From: Octopus vulgaris
Lineage: Eukaryota
Direction of reading: 5' to 3'
DNA length: 64,000 bases
Assembly: GCA_951406725.2 (NCBI GenBank)
Contig: OX597827.1
Coordinates: 7,378,001-7,442,000, forward strand
The notes under the pieces were generated by a model. The model saw only the letters and a program-made list of their open reading frames with translations, was not told the origin of the DNA and searched no databases. A program made the translations under genes and the position numbers. This document shows, in pieces, positions 27,880-43,818 of this stretch; the first letter of the stretch is position 1, and the number at the start of each line of letters is the position of its first letter.

Positions 27880-28907
27880 TCATCACCACCACCACCATTT
27901 TATTGTCTATTTGCTGTCCATAGATTTGTGATGTTGGTATTTACCTGCTGTCTTGCCATTTTGCTAACTGTAACATATACAGTAAGATGACCACTATAGA
28001 GGAGACCACCCTAACATAAATTAAGTGAATTTACCTGTGTAACTGAGGTGTTGCAGTAACACATGATGCTCTTCAGCACACCTGTGTTCAATGATCTTCC
28101 AGTTGTAGCCATTCCATCTTTTTTTTTTACATCCATGATACTTGTTCTTTCAAAATGGGTGGGATTTGTTGATTTTGGGATTTGTTGATTTTGATATTAA
28201 CTTCACTGCCACACCCTTTTCCAGCACCATCATAATCACTTTAATTTTTTACCATTCTTGACCTTGGTAAGATCATTTACCATGGCCATCACTTGTTTAG
28301 GATTGATTCAAATATGGTAAACTTGGAAGAAAATAATTTCTAAATAGAGACCTGTGAAGACATGTGTGCTTGTGTGTATGCATGCATATGTGTGTGTCCA
28401 TGTGCATGTGTGTGTATATGTGTGACCCCCCATGAGTCTGTTTGTATGCATGTGTACATGTATGTATTTATTTATGTGTCTGTGTGTGACTATACATACA
28501 CATATATCATTACTATCATCATTAATATCTATTTTTCAGGTTGGCATGGGTTGGATGGTTTGACGGGAGCTGGTGAGCCAGAGGAATGTGCCAAGCTCCA
28601 ATGTCTGTTATGGAATGGTTTCTATAGCTGGATACCTTTCCTAATGTCATTGTGTGTGTGAGAAAAATAAGAACTGACTCTAAGGTACACACAAGGCCTG
28701 AAATTCTGGCAGAGTTAGGGTTAGTTAATGAAAAAAACCACAGTAGTAATAATGGAATTTAAGCTCAGAATGTAAAGCCCCAGAACTAAATTTTAGAAGA
28801 AGATAGTTACTCTGATGTTCTAATGATTTAGTCAACCAACAAATTGTTTCTAATTCTTGTACAAGATCAGAAATTTTGAGAAGCAGAGTATGCCTATAAT
28901 ATTGGTT

Positions 28908-29135
28908 GGCGAGCTGGCAGAAACGTTAGCACACCGGGCGAAATGCGTAGCCGTATTTCGACTGCCGTTACGTTCTGGGTTCAAATTCTGCCGAGGTCGA
29001 CTTTGCCTTTCATCCTTTTGGGGTCGGTAAATTAAGTACCAGTTAGGCACTGGGGTCAATGTAATCGACTTAATCCGTTTGTCTGTCCTTATTTGTCCCC
29101 TCTGTGTTTAGCCCTTTGTGGGTAGTAAAGAAATA
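28908..29135 (+). mobile_element. Family-2 SINE (Nin/Deu-like central domain) with 13-bp TSD
   Basis: GGCGAGCTGGCAGAA head; GACTTTGCCTTTCATCCTTTTGGGGTCGGTAAATTAAGTACCAG; TSD TATAATATTGGTT at 28895 and 29136. Confidence 0.9.
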
Positions 29136-29484
29136 TATAATATTGGTTCCAAATTTTAGCACAGAACCAGCAGTTTCAGGGAAAGAGAAAAAGTTGATTA
29201 CACCAATACCAGTGTTCAACTGGTACTTATTTTATCAACCCTGAAAGTAAGAAAGGCTAAGTTGACCTTGGTGGAATTTGAACTAAGAACATAAAGGAGA
29301 ACAAAATGCTGTTAAGCATTTTTTCTGGCATATTAACAATTCTGTCAGTTCCTCTAACATTGACCCCAATAATTGACTGGTAATATACTTTATCTTGCCT
29401 GACTTCAGTGAAACTGACTTTGGTGAGATTCGAACTCAGAATGTGAAGAGTCAGAGGAAATGCTACTGAGAATTTTGTTCAACT

Positions 29485-29888
29485 TACTCTTACTCTTTAC
29501 TCTTTTACTTGTTTCAGTCATTTGACTGTGGCCATGCTGGAGCACCGCCTTTAGTCGAGCAAATCGACTTATTCTTTGTAAGCCCAGTACTTATTCTATT
29601 GGTCTCTTTTGCCGAACCGCTAAGTGATGGGGACATAAACACACCAGCATCAGTTGTCAAGCAATGCTAGGGGGACAAACACAGACACACAAACACACAC
29701 ATACATATATATATATACATATATACGACAGGCTTCTTTCAGTTTCCGTCTACCAAATCCACTCACAAGGCATTGGTCGGCCCAGGGCTATAACAGAAGA
29801 CACTTGCCCAAGATGCCACGCAGTGGGACTGAACCCGGAACCATGTGGCTGGTTAGCAAGCTACTTACCACACAGCCACTCCTGTACC
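29485..29888 (-). mobile_element. Family-1 SINE nested in an older family-2 SINE
   Basis: Full copy; the host sequence resumes as TTGCTAACAATTCTGCC. Confidence 0.92.
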
Positions 29889-30974
29889 TATTGCTAACAA
29901 TTCTGCCGGATAATAAATAAATAAGTGTGAAATATCCCTTGCTCATTTAGGATGTGTTGTATTGTTAAAATCTAAGCATGAAATATAAATTTGTGTATAC
30001 TTTTGAAATGTAATGTTTCAGAATGAGGGTAACTTTAAAAGAAGAAGAAGATGAAGAGGGAAAAAAAGAAGAAAAGGAATGAAGAATTTTTTTAGAAAAT
30101 GGCAAAAAATAACAAATGCATTGTATGCTCTGTATGCATACTTGTATATTAAAATTTGAATTATCAAGTGTTGTTATGGTTTCTCGGAACTATTTCTTCT
30201 TTGTTAAAGAAGCACTGACTGGCTACTGGTATATCTCTTAATAAAAAGATCAAGTAGATTGTAGTGTTGTTTTTATGGACATTTACCTCTTCTGATAAAA
30301 AAGAAAATAAATTATATCATTTCCAAAATATTTCATTAAAAAAAAAAATTAAAGAAAATATAACAAAATGAATAAAAAATGCAAAAAAATAAAACAAATA
30401 ATACAAAGCAAACAAAACTATAAAATAAAAATAATACACGCACACACACACACACACACAAAGATACAAATAAAGAACAATAAAAACTAAAACAAAATTA
30501 CAGCAAAAAATTTGCAAAATATAACAAAGTAAAAATAAATTCCTATTTATTTTATTAATTTGTATTATCATTATTTTTTTTATCTTGAAGATTATAATTT
30601 TTCTCAGTGAGTATAAATGTATAAATATTCTGGAGAAGACAAAAAAAGAAAGAAAGAAAAAAGGAAAGAAAAAATAATAATAACTGACAATTGCTCAGAG
30701 AAAAATTTCAATTTTTAATTCATGCTGATAATTCTAATTTAAACTTGAAATAGGTCTCCTTCACATTGCTAATGAAGAATTAAGCCTGGTTTTCTAATTG
30801 AAATAAAATGATTTATATAACATATAGAAATATGGATCTTTTTTAGCATTTTCAATGAATTTATATTATCATAGAAAAACAATACAGGAGAAGAGCTGAA
30901 ATATTAAGACTGGCTTGTGTGAAAGAGTGTGTGTATATTGTGTGTGTGTGTGTGCGTGTGTGTGAATGCTGCAT

Positions 30975-31106
30975 ACCAACACCACCACCACCACCACCAC
31001 CACTGCCGATACCACAACTAATGCCACCACCTCCGTCATCATCATCATCATCATCATCGACACCGTTGTAATTACAGGCTCCATAAAAATTACGATGAGG
31101 ATGATA

Positions 31107-31152
<46 letters not shown>

Positions 31153-31247
31153 CGATGACAATGACAGCAATGATGTCGAGTATGAAAATGAGGTTGATAA
31201 TGATGATGATGATGATGATGATGATTATGATCATGATGATGGCGACA

Positions 31248-31283
<36 letters not shown>

Positions 31284-31784
31284 TTGATGATGATTATGAT
31301 GATGATGGTGGTGGTGATGATGATGACGGTGATGTTGATGATGATGATGATGAGGAGGAGGAGGAGGAGGATGATGATGATGATGATGATGATCAACATC
31401 ATCATCATCATCTGCAGCTGCAGCATCACCACCAATTCCATCACTACCATCATCATCATCATCATAGTCATCATCTGCAGCAGGAGCACCACCACCACCA
31501 CCACCACCACCACCGCCACCACCACCATCACCACCATCTCCACTACTACCCATCCATTCATCCATTCCCCCCCTTCTCCGTCTGCCTACAACTCATTCAA
31601 AGCAGAAAAAAATTTCTTATTACTTTGGTTATCAATTTTGCTATCAATTAGTTGTTGTAGTTGTTGCTGTTATTACTACTGCTGCTGCTGCTGCTGCTGT
31701 TTGCTGTTGTTATTACTGTTGTTGTTGTTGTTCTTATCCTTTTTACTGTCATTGCTGCAATTGTTGTTTTGTTACTTCCTTTCC

Positions 31785-31866
<82 letters not shown>

Positions 31867-32129
31867 CAACAACAACAACAATAGTTGTAGTTGTAGTTGT
31901 TGTTATCATTAGCATTCTTACTTTACAGCCATTTTTTCAATCATTATTTATTGTTGTAATTATTGTTGTTGTAGAATTGATTATTCTTGTTGTTATTGTT
32001 ATCATCATTATCATTATCATCATCATCGTCATCATCATCATCATCATCATTATGAGCAGCAACAGCACTACCATTATCATCATCACCTGCAACTCTATCA
32101 TAATTTTTAATAATCAGGAGAAAGAAAGT

Positions 32130-32175
<46 letters not shown>

Positions 32176-32200
32176 CCATCCTCATCATCATCATCATTTA
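30975..32200. repeat. Compound trinucleotide microsatellite (GAT/CAT/CAC/AAT)
   Basis: Directly visible; explains the 448-aa low-complexity ORF. Confidence 0.95.
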
Positions 32201-34569
32201 CTTCTTTATTTATTATTTGCATTATTCTTTGATATTTCAAGCTAATTTTCTGACTACTTCTGAAATCAATAGAGAAGCTTCAATAAGCAGAACAGAAGTA
32301 GAAACACGATAAATTTTAGGAAAAGAAAAAAAAAAACCAAAAAATTTATAACAAAAGCAAAAACAAAAAAAAAAATCTCTAAATATGATTTTCAAAGACT
32401 CTCAGAGATAATTACTCTTGGATAATTGGGTTGTTTAATGAAGATGGTTTGTCATATTAGAAAAATCAATTTTGAAAAGGAAGGGGAGCCAACACAACGA
32501 TGAATAGTCCGAATTCTTAGAGTGCACGGTAAGAATTTTCAAGGGAGAAAACTCAGAAATATTTGCATAGGAAAGAAATTCAATTTGGTGTTGAGATTTG
32601 ACATTTTGATAGAACAAATGAGAATAGTTTTTCCTATTAGAGAAAGATTATTCATCAGGTTAACTTCAGAATTTTCGCTCTTGACTTTTTATTTTACCTC
32701 ACTTTTTAAAACTCCTTCTCTGCAGATTATTTTCAGATATTTGCTCTGTATTGAATTTTAAATGGTTACCATTTATGTACAGAATTACAAGATATTTCCA
32801 TTAATATTGTTGCTTTTGTTTGAAAAGAAAATATCTGCCTTTTTCCTCTTTTTACTATTTTTCACTGTTTTTCTTCTTTTCTCGTTTTGCTTAGTAATTA
32901 TTGTGACAAAAAAAAAAACCCCCAAAAATACAAAAACAAAAACGAGAAACTTTCATATCTTTTTGTCAATACGAATCTATTTGTTGTATTTCTGGAAGAT
33001 AGATTTGGATCAGTTTCCAAAGGAAGCAATAAACAGATAACAGAGTAATAAACAGAATGAAATTATCTGTAATTTATGCAAATATATTAGCAAGAACTAA
33101 ATAGGAATGATTTCTTTTTCTCTCTTTCTTTTCCCTTTAATTTTTTATTTTTAACTACAAAGAACAAAAGAAAAAAAAAGAAGAAAAAAGACAGAATAAT
33201 CGACTTCAAAAGTAAATAACAATAAATTCTTAAAAAATAAAGAATATGAATGTATTTTCTATTATCACTTACATACTTCTCAATTTGGAATAATTCCTTT
33301 TCTCTCTATTCCTTTATTTTTTTTTATATTCTCCTTGGAGATTGCCAACTAAAATTTGAGTTAAAAAGATTTAAATACATTTAAAATGGAGCAATGCATT
33401 TCTTTCTATTGTTACTTGTCTTTTAAATGCCAATTATGCTCAAGAATATTTGAGAGGAGATAAAGTAAATTGTGTTTTATTGTCTCACAGAATGAACAAA
33501 ATAAGTCAATATGCAAACTTTTTGATGATAGAATTTATTGGAATTGTGTTCAACAACCATTCTCGTTTCATAGCATAACAGTTGTATTGTAAAATATCTA
33601 TCTATATATCAAATGTGTATACATCAATATGTGCATGTGTGTGAGTGCATGCGTGCATGTGTGTGTATGCATGTGTGTGTGTGTATGTGTGTGTGTAAGT
33701 TCAAAACTCTGGTATATGAAATAGCATCAGAGACTGCTTATATGTGTTGAAATAAAAAAAATTTTTTTCCATGAACAGCCTATACCATCCAAATCTTTAG
33801 AGATAATATCACCCTTTATTCTTTCCTAGACTTCCATGCCCAGTGTCACCCACATACATACTAGACATCTGATGCCAAATTTGCATTGATGACATGAACA
33901 GAAAACCTTGAAAGCATCTTCCAATCTTGTCTGTTTCATCAGTAAAAACACAATCAGTGCTAAAAGAAAAAAAAAATTATTGCATTAAATCCCTCTCCCT
34001 AGAAATGAGCAGTTTACAACAAAAGCCCATTTTATTACTACAAATTCTAAGTGACGCTATTATTTAGAGACTTTTTTGGTGAAAGAACAACTTTAACAAA
34101 GCAAAGGCTGCATCTTGAAGACTGGCACTTCTCTTTGGTGCTGTGTTTCTCAGCCAATTTTTTACCTATGGATCCCTTTGATTATTGTTATATTCTGGTG
34201 GATCCCCACAATCAAGCAATGCTTAAAAATCTAACAGTGTTCAGATTTCAATGACATTATTGTTTACTTTTAGAATGACATTGTAGGGTTGGTGCGAAAG
34301 GCTGGATCTGGCTGATTTGAATATAAAACAGGTAGAACAAATGGGCTAGATATGACTCATTTAAATGCTAAAGAGTTAATACCACTACCTGTTTCTTGAG
34401 TAATTTTATTGCAAGAATATTGCAAGAATTCAGACCAGATTTCCAATTGTGGATAAATTCCTCATGCAAATTTTGATGGCCTGAAAAATTTAAAGGTCAG
34501 AGGCATTGCTTTTCTCTCCTTATCTAAGCTGTAAATACATGCACATACACACATACACAGATGAACACA

Positions 34570-34850
34570 CACAGATTTTTTTCACGCTGAGAGTTGCTGA
34601 AGCATGGAACAAACTGCCGGCATCACTTGTTAGTTGTCGGAGCACTGCATCCTTCAAAACTTCCATGCTTTCTGAGATTCGCCAACACTACACTTGATTT
34701 TCTCCCCTCCATACACACACAGGCATGTATCTGACTCATACATTGTTCGCTTTCCAGACATTTGTACAATACTGCATACACTTTATACGCACTTTCTGAC
34801 AAGTTGTGGTGCACCTGAGCACTGTATGCAATAAGTTCATTATTATTATA
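34570..34850 (+). mobile_element. CR1-clade LINE 3' end
   Basis: FFTLRVAEAWNKLPASLVSCRSTASFK plus 3' UTR and (ATT)n; second copy at 51215-51545. Confidence 0.85.
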
Positions 34851-35098
34851 GATGCACTTACAAGTACACATACACATACCTCACAACAGTTACGTAGCAT
34901 GCCAATCACACCTAACTATTTTTAAAAAAGAGTAGGATGCATATATTGTTTGAATAAAAGATAGGATAGTCATATCCTGAACTCCTTTAATCATAGGTCT
35001 GATTATTGCAAACTTAGTATAAAATAACAATATCTATCTGTCTGTTTGTCTTTCTGTCTTTCTGTCTGTCTGTCTATCTGTCTGTCTGTCTGTCTCTC

Positions 35099-35148
<50 letters not shown>

Positions 35149-35155
35149 CATATAG

Positions 35156-35491
35156 GCGCAGGAGTGGCTGTGTGGTAAGTAGCTTGTTTACCAACCACAT
35201 GGTTCCGGATTCAGTCCCACTGTGTGGTACCTTGGGCAAGTGTCTTCTACTATAGCCTCGGGCCAACCAAAGCCTTGTGAGTGGATTTGGTTGACGGAAA
35301 CTGAAAGAAGCCCGTTGTATATATGTATATATATATATATATGCGTGTGTGTGTTCAGCAAAAGAGACCGATAGAATAAGTACTGGGCTTACAAAAGAAT
35401 AAGTCCCGGGGTCGAGTTGCTCGATTAAAGGCAGTGCTCCAGCATGGCCGCAGTCAAATGACTGAAACAAGTAAAAGAGTAAAAAGAGAGA

Positions 35492-35492
<1 letters not shown>
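35156..35492 (+). mobile_element. Family-1 SINE with internal deletion
   Basis: Head, body and tail match the other copies. Confidence 0.92.
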
Positions 35493-35563
<71 letters not shown>

Positions 35564-36046
35564 TTATATATAATGAGTTGTAAATTACTATCAGGTCAGC
35601 ATCAGTCGAACAGATCTATGCAGATTTCTCTGTAATCTGATACCCTTGGCTACAAATCTCCTCTACACAGACACATTTTATTTCTTTATGATCAGATTCT
35701 TCCTTGGCTTAATTTTACACAGTTGTTGTAGTAGTTCATATTACAATGCTATGATCATGTCAGTATGAATACTGACAATTAATAATGAAACTCTGAAGAT
35801 TTGGCAGTGTAATCACCCTCTAAGATATTTCTTTTAAAACTGATATTTATTTATTATTAATGAAATAATGAGATTATAAAACTAAATATTATTTAAACAG
35901 ACTGTGTATGTATGTTTCTGTCTGTCTCTCTTTCTCTCTCTATATATATTTATACATATATATATACATATATATACATATATATACATATATATATACA
36001 TACATACACATATATATACATACATACATACATACATACATACATG

Positions 36047-36098
<52 letters not shown>

Positions 36099-36109
36099 AG
36101 TGAAGATAC

Positions 36110-36320
36110 ATAGCTTGTGTTCTTGAGCAAAGCACTTCATTTCATGTTGCTCTGTAATCATTTCAACATCTGACATGTGGTACCCAGTTGCACCTGTACA
36201 GGTAATGTTGAAAAGATGGAGGGAGTGACCTTATGTCTGCACATACATTTGATCACTATGAACAAATCATCTGTGTGTTTGTTCAGTAAGAAATTGTTGA
36301 ACCTTCATACAGTGGGAGAG
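36110..36320 (+). mobile_element. CORE-type SINE fragment (tail W)
   Basis: Matches ~50745-50945. Confidence 0.75.
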
Positions 36321-36321
36321 T

Positions 36322-36928
<607 letters not shown>

Positions 36929-37203
36929 TAACTGTCTGACAAACGGGAACATGAAACTCTGAGTAACATCAAATGAAGTGTTTTGCTCAAGAACACAACA
37001 CACTGCCCGGTCTGGGAATCGAGCCTATGATCTCACAACCATCTTGCAGTACTCTAACCACTAAGCCATGCACCTTCTCTGATAATCTTGCAGCTTTAAT
37101 AAAAAAAATGTATTATTCTACCTTGGGAATGCGAGTACTATTTTTCCACTTTGTTTTGGTCTCATGTGTTCACCTATGTGTATATATATACACACACATA
37201 TAT

Positions 37204-37252
<49 letters not shown>

Positions 37253-37257
37253 TATGA

Positions 37258-37366
<109 letters not shown>

Positions 37367-37450
37367 CATATAGATAGATAGAGAGATAGATAGATAGATA
37401 GATAGACAGACAGATAGATAGATAGATAGATAGATAGAGAGACAGACAGG

Positions 37451-37495
<45 letters not shown>

Positions 37496-38540
37496 GGATA
37501 GATAGATAGATAGATAAATAGGTAGATAAGTATAGATATATACACATGTATACATACAGGCATACATATATACATATATATGCATACATATATATGTTGG
37601 TAAGAAAAGTATCTACCTTATGTTCTTGTTTATTGTGTGTAGATGGTTAAAGGGAGAGGTGTGTTGTTTTATAATGTATGTAAATATTTGCCATACAAAG
37701 ACACAGAGTTTGCGATCAGTGTAACAACCAGTAGCTGCTTACATACTCAGAGCTTGTGATCTATTTAAAGACTTTTAGCATTCAGACAGACATAGAGCTT
37801 TTAAGATAAGTAAAGACTGGTGACAAACAGACACAGAGTGTATAATATTTACATTGGAACATTAACAGCATGTAGAAGAAACAGGCAAATGAAGTGCTAA
37901 TAACCAGAGCACTCTAGACATTCTTTGAATATTCACAAATTTTATTTCATCGACAGCGTTGATCATGGCAAATTAAACAGATTACAGTTACTGGAAAGAA
38001 CAAAGTTATGGCAGCCAAATGTGTTCTACTCTTAATTGAGTAGAGAGTATTCTTTGTTGTTGAATTATAAGGAGTATAAAGACAGCTTAATGAGGAATAT
38101 TTCTATTTGAACTGAATGGGCGTAGTCTTTGGTCATAAACCAATTTAGAAATTTTGTTTTTTTTTTTATTTTATTTTTTAAAACTTTTTTATCAAAGTGA
38201 TCATTTATGAAAATACATTTCTGCAAGAAGACAAATTGCTCTGCTGACTTAATTATGTTAATTTTTCACAAGTAGTTCATCGGAACTTGTGTCATAATCT
38301 GCATACCTGTATCATACATAATATGCACCAGTTGTTATTTTGATATCTTATACATTTTACCTCTTCTTCTTCTTCTTCTTCTTCTTGCTCTTCTTGTTCT
38401 TCTTGTTCTTGTTCTTGTTCTTCTTCCTCCTCCTCCTCCTCCTCTTCTTCTTCTTCTTCTTCTTCTTCTTCTTCTTCTCCTTCTCCTTTTTTCTTCTTCT
38501 TCTTCTCCTCCTCCTCCTCCTCCTTCTTCTTCTTCTTCTT

Positions 38541-38571
<31 letters not shown>

Positions 38572-38864
38572 TTATTATTATTATCATTATTTCATTTTTC
38601 TTTATGTATTTTATGGTGTTGATCAAAGGAGGGAAGGCAGTACTCATGACCTTATTGCAGTGTTTTGAATGAGTGAAAGATCAGAGGGGGAATAATCTGT
38701 TTAGGGTATCATAAAAAAAAGAACAAAAACATAAAAAAAGCATCTAAACTGCTCCAATGAGCATCGTCATATGATCTCCATCAACCCAATCCAATTTCAC
38801 TCAGAAGACCTTATGCTGACATGAAGTAATGGTAGACTGCACTTTGATTGAACATAGAATTATA

Positions 38865-39497
38865 TGAGGGGATGCTGGAAGGTTCCTGGTTTTAAGGGTT
38901 TCACAAAAGACCTGGTTGAAGGCCTAACCTTCTAAGTGCTTTTATAGGTCTTAGAGAAACTGCAGGACCACAGCAATGAGTGTGTGAATCTGAGAGGGGG
39001 ATATGTCGTATAAAATCATAATTAATCATGGCGCAGGAGTGGCTGTGTGGTAAGTAGCTTGTTTACCAACCACATGGTTCCGAGTTCAGTCCCACTGCAT
39101 GGCATCATGGACAAGTGTCTTCTACTATAGCCTCGGGCTGACCAAAGCCTTGTGAGTGGATTTGGTAGACGGAAACTGAAAGAAGCCTGTCGTATATATA
39201 TATATATATGCGTGCATGTATGTTTGTGTGTCTGTGTTTGTCCCCCTAGCATTGCTTGACAACCGATGCTGGTGTGTTTATGTCCCCGTTACTTAGCGGT
39301 TCGGCAAAAGAGACCGATAGAATAAGTACTGGGCTTACAAAAGAATAAGTCCCGGGGTCGAGTTGCTCGATTAAAGGCGGTGCTCCAGCATGGCCGCAGT
39401 CAAATGACTGAAACAAGTAAAAGAGAGTAAAAGAGAGTAACTGATCCCCCTGTATTTTCTTTTTACCCAAACCCAGGAACTTTCCAGCCTCTCCTTT
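38865..39497 (+). mobile_element. Mariner-derived non-autonomous element (TIR pair) split by a SINE
   Basis: TA-TGAGGGGATGCTGGAAGGTTCCTGG ... CCAGGAACTTTCCAGCCTCTCCT inverted ends; the internal CVNLRG-DMS/YV remnant resembles a mariner C-terminus. Confidence 0.65.
39030..39440 (+). mobile_element. Family-1 SINE nested in a mariner-derived element
   Basis: Full-length copy. Confidence 0.93.
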
Positions 39498-40764
39498 TAC
39501 ATTTGTGGAAGAAGGAGCAGCCACAGTTCCTTCACATTGGATTCCGTCATATTTATTTTTAAAAGCAACACATCAGTCCTTACTGATATTGTGAAATTTG
39601 ATGGCGGAAAATGTAGATAATCAAATGGAATGATGTGATGTTCATGCATTTCCCAAGTAAATAAAAGCATAAGTGAAGTGAAATGGCATCAAAGAAAGAC
39701 AATAAAATCAAGTTTTAGCTTGGCTCTGTTGCAGGTGCAGGTATTTTGCACAATGCCACTTGTCACTATAATGAAATGTCATTAATTGATTGCTTAATTA
39801 ATACAAACACACACAGTTACACGCACATTACTCATACGCATAGAGCCAAACACAGATAATGTACATTGCTGAACATAGTCTGTAGGATGACGATAATAAC
39901 AACAACTGCAATAAAGGTAGAAATAAGCTTACGAAAGAGCTATCCTATATTTATAATTAAATACCACAATATGATGGACTTTGATGATGAAGAGTATTGT
40001 GTCTTTACTGTTATGGTCATTTACAAAAGCTATTGTTCTTATATCAGACCATGAGGCAAAATAATGCTGAAAGAGGAAACTGAACCTTATTGATTGATTT
40101 CAGTTTTGCCAATATGTTAAGGTAAAAGAAACACAACAAAAGAGATATAGAGAATGGTGGGGGCGAAGAGGGAGAGGAAGGAGAAAAGGAGAAAAATAGA
40201 TCTTTCAATAGTTTTATGAATTTTATGAATAAATAAATGAATAAGAATTTAAAGAAAGAATGAAGAAGAAATGAAAATTCCACCATTAATTAAATTCTTT
40301 GGAAAAGCTCATTAGAGATTAGATATTAATTTCACTGTTTAATTGATGGCTAGGCTAGCCTGCAACATACAGATGTAGTTTTATTTGAAGAATGCATTAA
40401 GCAAGTTTGGATTTCTTAAGAAACTAGTCAACATGAAATATTTCTGAAGCAATTTTAGTTCTTCCTTCTGAAGCAATAATTAAAGAATAAATGCTGTCTT
40501 TTGTCTAATAGGTAATGGTCGAATTAACTGATTCTAACGTTTCTGACAAGGTTTTGTTTCAATTTTTAGAAAGCTTACAGGCTTGAAAGCTGTACTTATT
40601 ATAAAAATATCTTATTGCATAGAAGAAATGGAGTTTATAAATTCAAGTAATAGCATTTTAAAATAAAGCTGTTCAAAAGAAATTATACTGAGTATAGAAT
40701 TAGAAATATTTGGAAAATTATACACAAAATGCTTAGAATTTTCTTTGCATACATACATACATAC

Positions 40765-40795
<31 letters not shown>

Positions 40796-40901
40796 TGTAT
40801 GTATGTATGTATGTATGTATGTATGTATGTATGCATGTATGTATGTATGTATGTATGTATGTATGTATGTATGTATGTATGCATGTATGTATGTATGTAT
40901 G

Positions 40902-40935
<34 letters not shown>

Positions 40936-41453
40936 TGTATGTATGCATGTATGTATGTATATATGTATGTATGTATGTATATATGTATATATGTATATAT
41001 GTATGTATGTATGTATTTGTGTGCGTATGTTTATAAGGCAATAGATATATTTTAAAGGTATTTTTAATTAGTTTTTCAACAGTAAACAATCTGTATTCAA
41101 ATGTAATTATAAACAATTTTGCAGGTAAAGTTTTTTAGGATTTTTGTAAGAGCTATTTGTTGATAATACACTCAACAGATATGTTTGTTTAAGAATCAGA
41201 GCAAGGTTATCTGATAAGCTTTTTATACTGGCTTAAGTCTGTAGAAATATTGATCTAAAGCAGCCCCTGTTATCGACTGGTGTTTTACAAAGACAACCTC
41301 CTTGTGTTTTACGAAAGCAAACAAAATACTCCAAAACGGTAGATTATCTTCATTAATCCCATCCAGCATGTGCTTCTTTTTAGACATTTTGATGGAACAG
41401 AACCCCTATGTTAAATTCTAACTGAAATTCTTAAAAAAGAGGATGGAAATATA

Positions 41454-41686
41454 TATTTCTTTATTGCCCACAAGGGGCTAAACATAGAGGGGACAAACAA
41501 AGACAGACAAAGGGATTAAGTCGATTACATCGATCGCAGTGCATAACTGGTACTTAATTTATCGACCCTGAAAGGATGAAAGGCAAAGTCAACCTCAGCG
41601 GAATTTGAACTCAGAACGTAACGGCAGACGAAATATGGCTACGCATTTCGCCCGGTGTGCTAACGATTCTGCGAGGTCACTGCCTT
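41454..41686 (-). mobile_element. Family-2 SINE with 10-bp TSD
   Basis: TSD TGGAAATATA at 41444 and 41687. Confidence 0.9.
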
Positions 41687-42815
41687 TGGAAATATAAAGT
41701 GAAATTATTATGCTGTAACTTGGCCTGTCACCAGTCATGTTTCTGCTCACTAATAAATACAATATTTTATTCATATTTTAATTCTAACAAGGGTTTTTTT
41801 TAAAAATGCATTTAATATATAAGAATTATACTGAGTTTATATATTTTATTTTGAAGGAAAATCCTGAGCCTTCTAAACACCAAGCAGTCCCTGTGGTAAA
41901 ATCTTGACATATGCTGCCTTCATGTGACCTCACAACATCTCGAAGGAGCACTTCCACCCATGACAAAATGTTACAGATTTACAGTAACAGGAATGATGGG
42001 AAGTTTATGCCCTATTAAAAGCAAAAGCTATAAAACATGATGATGGTGATGATGACGACGATGATGATGATGACAACAATACTGATGATGGCAGTGATTA
42101 GCTCCCAGGTCAACACTGGCCATGATGATCTATGATCCAAAGTATTCTAACTTTGACCATTCCTTTTATTTTATTTACTTATTTATTATTTTTTGCAATA
42201 TGTAAGATTATATTATCCACTGCATCCTTTCCTTATGTAAAATGGTATCATGTGTGATTTGAATGATTTAACTGCTATTTCTAGCAGCTTGAGTGACCAC
42301 ATAGAAACTCAGTTGTTGTCCCCCAAAGTTATTAGTAACATAAATGAAGTGCGATGATTTCCACTGGGAATTGAGGCTTTATCACAGATTTCACTCTCTT
42401 GGAGAATAACATGAATAAAGAATATAAAATAAACTGGCAAAAATAAGTTTATATTTGAAGATTAGAACCAAAAGTTTTAGCAGTTATTTCAGCAGCAATT
42501 TACACCAACATTCATTCATAAATATTTGATACACTGACAGCAGCAACAGAAGTAGCAGTAGTAGCAGTAGTAGCAGCAGTGTTCCAGACACATGCTGCAC
42601 CAGCACTAACACCATTATACTAAAATGCCTACACATTTGAAGAGATTTGTAGATTTAGGAATTATCTTGAATATATCATCATCCTTGCTGGTGTTGGCAA
42701 CAATGATGACGTCATTGTCAGCTATTGGTGTTGTTGGCCATCATCATTGTCATCATCATCATCATCATCATCCTTACATTAACATACTCAGTTGTTAGGG
42801 TACCACATCAGATAT

Positions 42816-43119
42816 ATGTTTGTTCCTTCTCGAGCCATGCTTGGCTCATAAGGGCCGGTTTCCCGGTTTCCGTGGCGTATAGGTTCCCCACCTGGATGGG
42901 ACGCCAGTCCATCGCAGGTGAGCTGCAAGATACAGGAGGAAAGAGTGAGAGAAAGTTGTGGCGAAAGAGTCAGCGGACGTTCGCCATTACCTTCTGCTGG
43001 AGCCGCGTGGAGCTTAGGTGTTTTGCTCATAACACACACATTGTCCAGTCTGAGATTCGAACCCACAATCCCTCGACCACGAGTCCGCTGCTCTAACCAC
43101 TAAGCCATGTGCCTCCACT
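42816..43119 (-). mobile_element. tRNA SINE, body B plus tail Y
   Basis: Reverse complement TGGCTTAGTGGTTAGAGC...GGTTCGAATC; body CTCTTTCGCCACAACTTTCTCTCACTC; tail CTGCGATGGACTGGCGTCCCATCCAGG...GGAAACCGG. Confidence 0.88.
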
Positions 43120-43818
43120 CATTAGATACTCTGGTAATCAGCAATCACTATTGGTTCCTGTCTTCTGTCTGTGACCATGATGTCAAGGGGTAAAGATTTT
43201 TCTGTGTCATTTCTTTTGCCCTCTGTCAACTGTGATCCTGGAGAATGTTTCGGACAGACAGTGGCATCAGAATACATGACAGTATCACAAGAACTGGGTG
43301 AATGATAACATAAAAGTACCCTCATTAGCTGACTAAGAAGTTTGAAAATACTGTGTGAAGACCATTGGTTGGTTTCAGTATCTCAATAATAACTAGGTAG
43401 ATTCTTTCATTTTACTGGCACTAAACATTAGATCTAAGAAAAATTTCTATGTCTAAAATATATTGATTTAGTTTGTGCAATTAAGATCAGAATACATCAT
43501 CGTTTAGCGTCCGTTTTCCATGCTAGCATGGGTTGGACCACCAATACATACTCAAAATTTCAAGCATAGAACTATAGATTATCCAAGGATCCCTATATTT
43601 CAAGGAATTCTAACATGCATTAAAAAATAGATCATTGATTTAACAATGTGCCTAAAGATAAGATTTCAAGCAGGGATCAGCAGATAATCTAGATAGCTCT
43701 CATGTGGATCTACAAACAATCCAAGGATTTTTCCCACATAGATGAATAGATAAGCCAAGGATTTCTCATGTGGGTCAAAATAATCCAAGAATTGTTAATA
43801 TGGTGCTACAAGTAATCC

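Noticed and set aside
32200-34500. Repeat-poor AT-rich stretches as conserved enhancers or exons (also 37600-38300, 39500-40700)
   Set aside because: No ORF, splice pair or motif can be supported without comparative data.
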